A stretch of 64,000 nt of DNA from a virus. Its lineage: Duplodnaviria > Caudoviricetes. The stretch is taken from the IMG/VR virus record IMGVR_UViG_3300028596_000001. One strand, written 5' to 3'. The translations under genes and the position numbers were made by a program. This document shows, one piece after another, positions 17,845-26,401 of this stretch (the stretch's first letter is position 1; each line of letters begins with the position of its first letter). The notes below the pieces were generated by a model that searched no databases, was not told the DNA's origin, and was given only the letters and a program-made list of their open reading frames with translations.

Positions 17845-17914
17845 AGCCTCTCCACACCATAGGGTCCTGTTAAGTAAAACTCTTCAGGACCCCGTAGTAC
17901 GTGTCGGGGAGGCT
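17845..17914 (-). other. About 70-nt imperfect hairpin in the capsid 3' UTR
   Basis: AGCCTC/GAGGCT outer stem, ACAC/GTGT middle, GGGTCCTG/CAGGACCC inner stem. Confidence 0.6.
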
Positions 17915-20124
17915 TACGGGTTTGGGACTGGGTTGTTGCCTTCGGTAGCGGTGATCAGCTCGTCCATCTTGGCAGCGAGACCAACCACTTCCACGCGCTG
18001 CTTGGCCAGCTTGGTCAGCAGACCTTCGTCGCCCAGGAACTTGCGAGCGTCGGTGATGGTCAGGGAACCGATGATCGGGTTCAGAGCCCAGTGCTTGTAG
18101 GTCGGCAGGGTCATCACGACACCGAAGTCCTGCTGATCACGAGTCACGTTACCTTGAACAACGATGTTCTCTTTCGAGACCACGACACCGACACCGCCCA
18201 GAGGGTTGATGAAGTCGGAAGTCGAGTTGTTCTTGGTGACGATCAGGATCTGACCGATCTGGCTGTCGAAGTTGGTTTCGATAGCGGTCATGTTGACCAT
18301 CGAGCCCAGAGTACGAGCATCGCCAGTCTTCATCAGGAAGCGACGCAGGTTCTGGTGGACGATGATGTTCCACTCAGGAGCGGTGGTACCGCCGTACTCA
18401 GCGATGGCAGCCAGGCCGGACTTGGTGGTCAGAGCCGAGGTGATGTCGCTCAGTTCGTTGGTGAACACAGCCGATACTGCATCGAACACGCCGGTGGAGT
18501 CAACCACGGACACCACGTCTTCCAGGGTGATCGAACGGTTGACAGCCGAAGCAGTCACGTAGTGCATGCCAGGCAGCACGTTCGAACCTTGGTTGTTCGA
18601 CACGACAGGGTGACCGTCGATCGAGGTGATGTACTTCAGGTGTTCCTGAGCCATGTCGAAGGCTTTCTTCGAGCACTGGTTGTTGATCGCGACCGACATC
18701 TGCTGGATGGCGTAGTCCAGGGAGTCCTGGTTCACGTCTTCCTTGCTGATTGGGTACTTGACCGACACAGGCGAACCGCGGCGAACCGACAGGTGCTTGT
18801 CAGCGTCGAACACTTCGATACGGTAGCCGAAGTTACCGCGCGACAGGTTGTTGACGTTGGCGCGGGTTTTGATACCCGATACCGAGCCCTTGGTCAGCAG
18901 CTTGATCAGCGCCTTCTGGGTGTCGTCACCACGACCACGGTCAATAACGTTGCCGGTGGCGATGTGGGTCAGAGCCGAGATGGTCACGTGACCGCCGTTG
19001 AGGCGCATGGTGTTCTTCTGGCGCTGGAAGCTGCCCTGCATCGACACTTCGAGCATCGGCTGGTAGCCAGCGTCTTTGAACGCCTTGAACAGGGTTTCGC
19101 CGACACGGTTGCCGTCTTTGTCCAGTACGGCGAAGCCGTTGAACTGGTTCAGCAGCATGCCCAGCTGGCGGTCGTCCGAGGACTGGCCGTTGGTGGTCGG
19201 GTTGAAGGTGTTGTTCGACATCGCTTTGGTATCGATGAAGAAGATCTTCTCGACGCCGTCGATGGTCGCGGTCAGCTGCAGAGCTTCACCGGTGATCGAG
19301 TTGGACTCGATTTCGTCGGTGCTGGTCCAGGCGCGCTGGCCAGGAGCTTGGCAGAGGCCCAGGAAGTTCGGGATGACGCTCGGAACTTTCAGGTAGCCAG
19401 TCAGGTGGTTCTCGCGGCCGTAGGCGTCAGCTTCCGGGTAGGTAGCAGGCCATGGGGCGATGGTAGCGGCGTCAACGAACAGCTCGCGAACGTCATCACC
19501 GGCGTCTTCCGGGTAAACCGGGTAGATGGCCAGGACTTCGTCTTTGAACATTTCGCCGGTACGCAGCAGGCCGAAGATTGGCTTCAGCTCGGAAGCTTGC
19601 TGCCAGGCGTTGTTGCCGTAGGCATAGTTGCCCAGGCCGGCAGCGCGGACCTTCAGCAGAGCGCCTTCGTCTTCGTAGCGAACGGTGATGGTCGAGAACA
19701 GAGCTTCGGCCGCAGGGGTCTGCAGGTGGCTCTGGGCGTTCAGGGTCATGTTCGCAGCTTTGATGTCTGCTTCAGAACCGCGGAAGTTCTGCATGGAGAA
19801 GCCTTCCAGACCACCAACGGTGGAGTAGAAGTCTTCGGTCTTCTCGACGATCTCACGCAGGTCGCTGGCAGCGACTTTGTCGGTACGAGCCATGGAGCTC
19901 TGGAACGCGGCGTAGGTCTTGTCGTTCAGACGACTGTGCAGCATGCCCATCAGGTTTTGGCTTTCGACGCCTTGCACCTGGGCGAGACCGACTTTGTCGG
20001 CGAACTCGCTGAAGCTTTCGACACCGGCGTGAGCCGACAGTGTCTGGTTTTGTACAGCCGAACGGATCAGGTGAAAGAGGTTGCCCTCGTTCTTCAATCC
20101 GGTTTTGATCTCTTTGTAGGCCAT
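17914..20124 (-). CDS. Major capsid protein (phiKZ gp120-like), 736 aa
   Basis: Size, extreme C/G-ending codon bias, AAGGA SD, N-terminal G-x-E propeptide sites (AGVES, QGVES, GGLEG), position next to DnaB, strong terminator. Confidence 0.92.
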   Translation of the reverse strand: MAYKEIKTGLKNEGNLFHLIRSAVQNQTLSAHAGVESFSEFADKVGLAQVQGVESQNLMGMLHSRLNDKTYAAFQSSMARTDKVAASDLREIVEKTEDFYSTVGGLEGFSMQNFRGSEADIKAANMTLNAQSHLQTPAAEALFSTITVRYEDEGALLKVRAAGLGNYAYGNNAWQQASELKPIFGLLRTGEMFKDEVLAIYPVYPEDAGDDVRELFVDAATIAPWPATYPEADAYGRENHLTGYLKVPSVIPNFLGLCQAPGQRAWTSTDEIESNSITGEALQLTATIDGVEKIFFIDTKAMSNNTFNPTTNGQSSDDRQLGMLLNQFNGFAVLDKDGNRVGETLFKAFKDAGYQPMLEVSMQGSFQRQKNTMRLNGGHVTISALTHIATGNVIDRGRGDDTQKALIKLLTKGSVSGIKTRANVNNLSRGNFGYRIEVFDADKHLSVRRGSPVSVKYPISKEDVNQDSLDYAIQQMSVAINNQCSKKAFDMAQEHLKYITSIDGHPVVSNNQGSNVLPGMHYVTASAVNRSITLEDVVSVVDSTGVFDAVSAVFTNELSDITSALTTKSGLAAIAEYGGTTAPEWNIIVHQNLRRFLMKTGDARTLGSMVNMTAIETNFDSQIGQILIVTKNNSTSDFINPLGGVGVVVSKENIVVQGNVTRDQQDFGVVMTLPTYKHWALNPIIGSLTITDARKFLGDEGLLTKLAKQRVEVVGLAAKMDELITATEGNNPVPNP

Positions 20125-20211
20125 GGAAGGAATTCCTTACAGACTGAGGACAGACAGACAAATATATTTGTTTGTGTATACAGTGCTACACATAACATAT
20201 ATTCGCGTGGG

Positions 20212-20760
20212 TTACGGGTTTTGCAAACCGAGCAGCTTATAAACCACAGCCAGAGAGAATTCTCCCAAAGCTGGTTCGACGATTTTCCCGAAGTGGGACT
20301 CCAGGTAACCGCAAGAGTTGAAAATGCATTCGAGCAACGCTCCAGAGAATGTTGCCGATTCAAGCTCAGTCCAACCTGCGAGCTTATCATCATTTTCAGT
20401 GTTGAACGCAAAGACCAAGACATTGGCCCCAGAGTTCAGGTAAGAGAAGGAGGCCGACGAGTTGATGAATTCCGATAAGCTTTCACCATCCACACTATTA
20501 AATGCTTCTTTCAGCATACCTCCTTCATAGTCTTTCTTGAAAAGCATTTCCGGATCGAGCATGGGGACTCCAAGCTCTTGTGCGATCCGATGCTGGAATT
20601 TGAGGATCTGACCGATCTCGTTGTAGGTGAGCTTTTGATGATATGTCTCAATAGCTGCCAGATCTCGCAACGGAATCGATACCCGGTCCAATAGGCGAGC
20701 CATCGCGTTGGTCAGGAAGAACACATGAACCGAAGGCCCATTGGGGGTCCTGAGTATCAT
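20212..20760 (-). CDS. Hypothetical protein between DnaB and MCP (phiKZ gp119 position), 182 aa
   Basis: AGGAG SD at 20773-20769; synteny. Confidence 0.65.
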   Translation of the reverse strand: MILRTPNGPSVHVFFLTNAMARLLDRVSIPLRDLAAIETYHQKLTYNEIGQILKFQHRIAQELGVPMLDPEMLFKKDYEGGMLKEAFNSVDGESLSEFINSSASFSYLNSGANVLVFAFNTENDDKLAGWTELESATFSGALLECIFNSCGYLESHFGKIVEPALGEFSLAVVYKLLGLQNP

Positions 20761-20768
20761 CTTTTTTG

Positions 20769-20778
20769 CTCCTAGGAG
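20769..20778. promoter_or_regulatory. Palindrome CTCCTAGGAG supplying an AGGAG SD on each strand
   Basis: SD-to-ATG spacing 9 nt to 20788 (+) and 8 nt to 20760 (-). Confidence 0.75.
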
Positions 20779-20787
20779 TTAGTCTGA

Positions 20788-22320
20788 ATGAATGACTTGC
20801 TGGTGTTGGTCAAAGTGTTGTCGGCAATTTACCAAGCCAAGAAAATTAATGACGCCAATTTGCTTAAAGAGTTGGAAGAACTCTTCGAAGAACTTCCATC
20901 TCCTCCACCAGAAGTTTTTGTTCAGAACAAAGACGTCAGGGAAGGCATTAAAGCGACTATCCACTGGCTGTTTAAACAGCCAGATGATGAACCAATCATA
21001 AAATCAGTATTGATGCAGCGTGTACGTATCTTTGCTGCTGGTAATGATGACATTAAACTGTCCATCGAAGACGGTCTGGAAGACTTCGATGACGAAGGTA
21101 TGGTTCGTAAGGTTATCTACAAACAGATCACCGAGATCCGTCTATCGTTAGAAGACAAAGGTTTCGCCGATAAGTGGAAGAAGGCGATCAAGAACTACTT
21201 CTACAAAGACCACACCGAAATCTCCAAGGAAGACTGGGTTGCTCTGTCGGATATCATTAACGACCGGATGGCTACGCTCTATGAAGAGAAGCAGTCAGAG
21301 GTTATTAGTGAAGTAAGCACTGAAGACCCTACCAGCTTCCACAGCATCATTCAGCTGGCTAAGCAAGAGAACAGTAACGAAGGTATTCTCAAGACTGGTA
21401 TCCAGGCGCTTAACCTGGCTCTTAGTCCTGATGGTGGTTTCCGTCGTAGTAAGTTCTATTTGCTCAACGCCCTGACCAACCGTGGTAAGTCCCTCACTGT
21501 AGCGCACCTGACAGCCTCTGTGGGCCTTTACAACAAACCGATGCTGCGTAACAAGTCCAAGATTCCAACGATCCTCCTGGAGTCCGCAGAAGACACCATG
21601 GACCTGATCATCCAGCGTATGTACAAGTTGGCCATCAGTGTTACTACTGACGCAGAGCCAGACTTCAACATCGCTGACCAAGATGACATCGTTGAAGCGA
21701 TCGTGAACTGCTTCAAGAAGAACGGTTGGGTCTTGATCATGAAAGTGATCGACTCGAACAAAGACACAGCTGCTGCAATGTTCGACCGTGTTCGTCGTCT
21801 GCAACTCAAAGGCCACGAAATCATCTTCTTCGCTTACGACTACTGCGCGCTGCAGAACTACGATAAGCTGCCAGGAGAAACCAAGTCGGATAAACTCCAA
21901 TTGCACGTCCGCAAGATCCGTGCCTTCATGATCAGTCATGGTATCTGCTTTGCTACTCCTCACCAGTTGAGCCCAGATGCGAAGAAGCGTCTGCAAGAGT
22001 CTGATGAAGAGTCCGAAGTTTACTTTGCTCGTGAAGTAGCTGGTAAGTCGTATACCGAAACTTCCACCAAGATTACCAACGAAGTGGACGTTGAGATTAC
22101 CTTCCACGTTGCCAAGACCTCGTTCAAGAACTACTGGACGTTCTGTGTTGGTAAACAGCGTGGTGAAGGTTGCTTACCAGAACACCGTTTCGCTATCTAT
22201 GACATCGACCCAGTAATGGGCTTGAAGCATGATATCAACGGTAAACCCGCGTTCCGTCGCAGTTTGCAGACGAGACTGAACGACATGGGTGAGATTGAGA
22301 ATGACTTTGATGCTCTCTAA
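20788..22320 (+). CDS. dnaB: DnaB-like replicative helicase (phiKZ gp118-like)
   Basis: SF4 motifs: GILKTGIQALN..LSPDGGFRR, Walker A variant ALTNRGKS, Walker B FFAYDY, ATPHQLS, VGKQRG. Confidence 0.92.
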   Translation: MNDLLVLVKVLSAIYQAKKINDANLLKELEELFEELPSPPPEVFVQNKDVREGIKATIHWLFKQPDDEPIIKSVLMQRVRIFAAGNDDIKLSIEDGLEDFDDEGMVRKVIYKQITEIRLSLEDKGFADKWKKAIKNYFYKDHTEISKEDWVALSDIINDRMATLYEEKQSEVISEVSTEDPTSFHSIIQLAKQENSNEGILKTGIQALNLALSPDGGFRRSKFYLLNALTNRGKSLTVAHLTASVGLYNKPMLRNKSKIPTILLESAEDTMDLIIQRMYKLAISVTTDAEPDFNIADQDDIVEAIVNCFKKNGWVLIMKVIDSNKDTAAAMFDRVRRLQLKGHEIIFFAYDYCALQNYDKLPGETKSDKLQLHVRKIRAFMISHGICFATPHQLSPDAKKRLQESDEESEVYFAREVAGKSYTETSTKITNEVDVEITFHVAKTSFKNYWTFCVGKQRGEGCLPEHRFAIYDIDPVMGLKHDINGKPAFRRSLQTRLNDMGEIENDFDAL

Positions 22321-22353
22321 CGTGATCTAAAGCGTATATAAGCAGACATAACC

Positions 22354-22388
22354 CTATACCCCTAACCCGCTGAGGGTTAGGGGTATAG
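22354..22388. terminator. 15-bp hairpin between convergent genes
   Basis: CTATACCCCTAACCC-GCTGA-GGGTTAGGGGTATAG. Confidence 0.8.
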
Positions 22389-22414
22389 TAGGCTTTATTT
22401 CGCGTTTTAGGAGC

Positions 22415-22858
22415 TTATGACCCCAGCTGACCGATACCTACAGTGGGGAACAAAGTTTCCGCTGCCGCACCCTGGGGTGTTCTAATGCTTTCGGCAAAAC
22501 TGACCATTTTGTCAATGGTTCCCTGTTTATGCTCTTCAGCGAGACGCATGAAGTTTTCAGTATTACCGAGCATGTTGATATACGCCATCAGTTCACCAAT
22601 TACAAACAATCTCCATCCGATGTCTTCATAGGCGTCGTTTTGACTGACAGCGTCAAGCAAAGCAACCGCACCGCCAACAATCCCTTTAGGGTGCTGATCG
22701 AACTCGCGAACACCAATCAGCTTCTCCATCTCGTCTTTAAAACGACGACGGCGTTCAATTTGATCCACCATTTCCTTGCTGGCCTGTTCGACGCTTACCC
22801 CTGGTTCAGCCCCTTCCAGTTTCTCGGCGTAGCCTTTCAAGATGTCGTTCACGCTCAT
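22415..22858 (-). CDS. Hypothetical helical protein (147 aa)
   Basis: GGAGAAGGGA SD region before ATG 22858. Confidence 0.7.
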   Translation of the reverse strand: MSVNDILKGYAEKLEGAEPGVSVEQASKEMVDQIERRRRFKDEMEKLIGVREFDQHPKGIVGGAVALLDAVSQNDAYEDIGWRLFVIGELMAYINMLGNTENFMRLAEEHKQGTIDKMVSFAESIRTPQGAAAETLFPTVGIGQLGS

Positions 22859-22998
22859 GTCCCTTCTCCAATGATGATGTCGTACGTAGGGAGTATACTC
22901 CCTACTACTCCGCTTAGCCTATATGCAGAAAACACCCAGCCTGCCCCCACCCGCTTTCGCAGATAGTTCTCTCCTAGTGTATAACCTAGATTACCCAG

Positions 22999-24339
22999 TT
23001 AGGAAACAGCGTATTCCTCATCGCTCACCAGGAGCACCAAGGTACTGTGTTCCCGGAAGACTGGTTCCAAGCTTTCAGTGTCGGTTTGGTATTCACTACG
23101 GACTGCCCCCACACTACCTTCCTTGTACATCAAGGACTCACTGCCACTCATGTAGTAGTAACGCACGGGCATGCACGGATCTATCATCAGACCGTTCGAG
23201 TTATGCCATGGTACCGAAGTAGTGTTGATGTCGTTGAGGGCGTTAGCGCTGAGGTGCTTGCACAGGTTACCAGTCGGGAGGATCTCGGTGGGGATCCATT
23301 CCTCACCAGAAGCACGAGACTTGGTGCGGTATTCTGACAACGAGTCCGAACTGGTAGTTACCGCCACACCTTTGTTGTAGTAGCTGCCGGTTTCACCCAT
23401 GGCAGCATCGGAAGTGATGATTCGCTTACCAACACCTTTAGTTTGGCGTTTAATGTCGGTATTATCACTGTTCATTGCCGAACCGGTAGAGAAGATAGTG
23501 ATGGACTTCTCATCCATGATCCAGGTGTTCTTCAGAGTAGGGAACACGTTCTCTGGGAGACGGTAGACGTTCAATACTCGACGAGCCTTCTCAAAGCGGC
23601 CGGTACGGTACAGCGGATAAACGCGCCACTGGCCTTTACGGTAGTACATCCCCATGCCAGTGTTGTAGAAACCGAACTCTTCGTTATTCTGGAGGAAGTC
23701 GCCCAAGTCAATCAAGCGAGTGCCGAACGGAATCACGATTTGTTTGAAGACCCGATCGTTGTCAATCGGATATTCGATATCCACACCTTTCCAGGCATCC
23801 GCTCCGGTAAGGTTCAATTGTTCTCCGTACTCACACAGTTTATCGTGCAGTGCGTTGTCCAGGGTAGACATCAAGAAGATATCTTGCGCTGGTTCGTTAC
23901 GGAGTTTGCCGAAACCGAGTTCATACAGCTGGAAGCTAATGGTGATCAAGTTGGTCTGGTCTTTGGTACTCAGGTCAGCTTGAGCAGTGTGGGTGCCTTC
24001 CATCTCTGGGTTGTCACTATCCAGAGGAGTGGCTCGGTACTTCTTCATTACTTGGTCGATACCTTCCCGTTCCACTACCTCGATGATGAGGTTGTCGCGG
24101 TAAGGGAGGATATCTTTGTTGTAAACGCCAGGTTGGATCTGGACACGGATGGTAAGGTCGTCACCCCGTCCCGTTACGAACGAACTCATGCGAGCCATAC
24201 CGTTAGGCATAATCAACGGTATTTGCGCAACTGGGGTGACCGCCATTGCAGAAACATTGAATAGTCTTTCGTTGTTCTGAGTCTTCTGAACGTAATTGAC
24301 AAATTCAATAAGGTTCTGTAAGGAACGGGGTGCTTCCAT
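22999..24339 (-). CDS. Virion structural protein, probable baseplate hub (phiKZ gp101-like), 446 aa
   Basis: Beta-rich; G.YNTGMGMYYRK.W.VYPLY motif of the phiKZ-like hub family; last gene of the structural block. Confidence 0.6.
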   Translation of the reverse strand: MEAPRSLQNLIEFVNYVQKTQNNERLFNVSAMAVTPVAQIPLIMPNGMARMSSFVTGRGDDLTIRVQIQPGVYNKDILPYRDNLIIEVVEREGIDQVMKKYRATPLDSDNPEMEGTHTAQADLSTKDQTNLITISFQLYELGFGKLRNEPAQDIFLMSTLDNALHDKLCEYGEQLNLTGADAWKGVDIEYPIDNDRVFKQIVIPFGTRLIDLGDFLQNNEEFGFYNTGMGMYYRKGQWRVYPLYRTGRFEKARRVLNVYRLPENVFPTLKNTWIMDEKSITIFSTGSAMNSDNTDIKRQTKGVGKRIITSDAAMGETGSYYNKGVAVTTSSDSLSEYRTKSRASGEEWIPTEILPTGNLCKHLSANALNDINTTSVPWHNSNGLMIDPCMPVRYYYMSGSESLMYKEGSVGAVRSEYQTDTESLEPVFREHSTLVLLVSDEEYAVS

Positions 24340-24341
24340 GG

Positions 24342-25097
24342 TTAACCTGCCTTGAAGATCCAGTTAGGGTCAGATGCATGCGCCATTTCGTGGGCGAACA
24401 ACGTATCCTGTCTCTGGAGCGGTGATTGGGTGTATGTTGGGGCGAATGGATCGAACGGCGACGGCATGTACGACTGAGTCGAATGCACAGCGTGCTGCGG
24501 AGCGATCTCATCGAGGTGACTGTAAAAGCTAATCCCTTCGTCACGACTACGAGCATGCATACTGGTCATGCCGAACAACGCACGGAAACCAGCCAAACCA
24601 CGATCTTCCAATTGGGAGTCGAGTTCGTACTGTTTGTTGTTAGCTTCCCGTTTAACAAAAGGTTTGATCTTTTTGTATTCGTTGAACAGCAGGTATGCAA
24701 AGTTCTCCAGTTCCCTGAGTTCAGTAAACGACGGACTCTTGAACTCAGGGACGTTCTTGATGATCTCACACCACAGAGCAATATACTCGATGATCGAGTC
24801 GTAGATCTCTACGATGCTTTTACTGGGCTTCTCGAATCCGAAGTCGTATACATCCTGGATGTTCCCCAGCAGGTCTAACAACTGGGGAATCCGGTATACA
24901 CGCATCTGCTTCTCTGAGTAGAAGTTGGTATCGTTAGCGAAGCCCTCCTGGGTGTAGGTAGGGCGATTCCGCAACTGATCCAGGGTCATCAACTTCTCAG
25001 GGGCAATCCAGATCCGGTAGGTGCGGTTCTGCAAGATGTTGTAAAGGAAGATCAAACGCTCCCTTACAAACTCGTAACGAGAATGAGGCATTGTCAT
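24342..25097 (-). CDS. Conserved hypothetical protein (phiKZ gp100 position), 251 aa
   Basis: ATGA overlap with the upstream gene; synteny. Confidence 0.6.
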   Translation of the reverse strand: MTMPHSRYEFVRERLIFLYNILQNRTYRIWIAPEKLMTLDQLRNRPTYTQEGFANDTNFYSEKQMRVYRIPQLLDLLGNIQDVYDFGFEKPSKSIVEIYDSIIEYIALWCEIIKNVPEFKSPSFTELRELENFAYLLFNEYKKIKPFVKREANNKQYELDSQLEDRGLAGFRALFGMTSMHARSRDEGISFYSHLDEIAPQHAVHSTQSYMPSPFDPFAPTYTQSPLQRQDTLFAHEMAHASDPNWIFKAG

Positions 25098-26401
25098 GAA
25101 GGAACTCCAAAACGACGGCTAAGTTGGATCAGTAGAATCAAAATAGCGCCATGATAAAGCTGCAGACGTGGGGTAAGCTTGAAGAACTCTTCCTTGCAGT
25201 ACTTCAACAGTTTCTTACGAGGAACCAGGTGATCTCGCAAGATCTCGAACACCAGCTCTTCGAACTCACCCTGTGGGGTGCCAGCGTAGAACTCATCGGA
25301 GAACAGGTAGTTGCTTACCTTGGACTCCGGGCTAGGACGCAGGATAGGGAAACCGTCCATGTTGAAGTACTCTTTATACAGCTTGTACTCCTCAGGGTCG
25401 GTGCAGATGAAATACGTAAACTTACTGGAACGCAGGTTACCGTACAGACGGCTGTTAACCAGGCGGTCGACACTGATCATCGTAGCGCCTGGTTCACATT
25501 GCGACAGCAGGTTGAAATCTCCCCGCAGCAATACTTCCCAGATGTTGATCGTTCCGTACATCCCGAAGTCACGTCCGCCATACTGGGTAGAGAACTGAGT
25601 GATAGTCGGATACATGGTCCGCATATCAGGTTCAATTACCGCACAGAGGAAGTTAACCAGATACTGGTCGTAGACGTAGCCACCCTTGATCTCGGTGTTA
25701 CCACTGACGTTGTAGGCAATGGTTCGCTCTGGGTTCCACCAGAACTTACGCATGATCCAGTTAGCGATAGTGGTTCGCCAGTTGAACAGCTCGCCTTCGA
25801 GGTCGAACTCTTCTGGAGATACCAACGAAGCACCACCACTCAGAGCAGAGTCCTTCGAGTACACCAGTTCAGCTACTACACGACGTTCCAGTTCCTGAGC
25901 CCAGTACTCCTGGAGGATACCGACCATACGCCAGGTAATGTGCCAGACCTTGTTCGCAGTGAAGGCAGGTGGTTCTACCTGTTCAGTGATCTGGAAGAGC
26001 CCAGCGCGGCCGTCAGTGATCTCTGCGATGAACACGTCACCACGGATAGGTGGGGCGCCGAAAGCTACCCAACCGCTACCAGCAACACTCGATTCCGCTT
26101 TCTCAGGGTTAAAGTCAAACGACCCATCCCCTTCGAACTTGATGATCATCTTGCGGATACGGTCGTAGCTCTGGTAGGTAGCCGCGTTATCCGGATCGAA
26201 AGGTGCTGCCTCTTCATCAGCTGCAAAGTGCTGACGGTAATACTCAACCAGAACCGGGGTACCCTGCACCATGCTGAGCAAGGAGGTTTCTGGTTGGTAG
26301 GTACCTACTACGATCGAGTGCCGATATTGTTCGGCATAGATCTTGGGAGCTTCTGGTTCTGGGGGAATTTCACTTCCCAGGGGTCCGATATCGAATGACA
26401 T
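25094..26401 (-). CDS. Virion structural protein (phiKZ gp99-like), about 435 aa
   Basis: GAGG SD favours ATG 26401; PPIRGDVFIAEITDGRAGLFQI motif of the neck/tail-junction family; synteny. Confidence 0.6.
   Translation of the reverse strand: MSFDIGPLGSEIPPEPEAPKIYAEQYRHSIVVGTYQPETSLLSMVQGTPVLVEYYRQHFAADEEAAPFDPDNAATYQSYDRIRKMIIKFEGDGSFDFNPEKAESSVAGSGWVAFGAPPIRGDVFIAEITDGRAGLFQITEQVEPPAFTANKVWHITWRMVGILQEYWAQELERRVVAELVYSKDSALSGGASLVSPEEFDLEGELFNWRTTIANWIMRKFWWNPERTIAYNVSGNTEIKGGYVYDQYLVNFLCAVIEPDMRTMYPTITQFSTQYGGRDFGMYGTINIWEVLLRGDFNLLSQCEPGATMISVDRLVNSRLYGNLRSSKFTYFICTDPEEYKLYKEYFNMDGFPILRPSPESKVSNYLFSDEFYAGTPQGEFEELVFEILRDHLVPRKKLLKYCKEEFFKLTPRLQLYHGAILILLIQLSRRFGVPS

Noticed and set aside
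17884-17916. Stop-codon readthrough of the capsid stimulated by the downstream hairpin
   Set aside because: An in-frame TGA follows after only nine codons, so a functional extension is unlikely.
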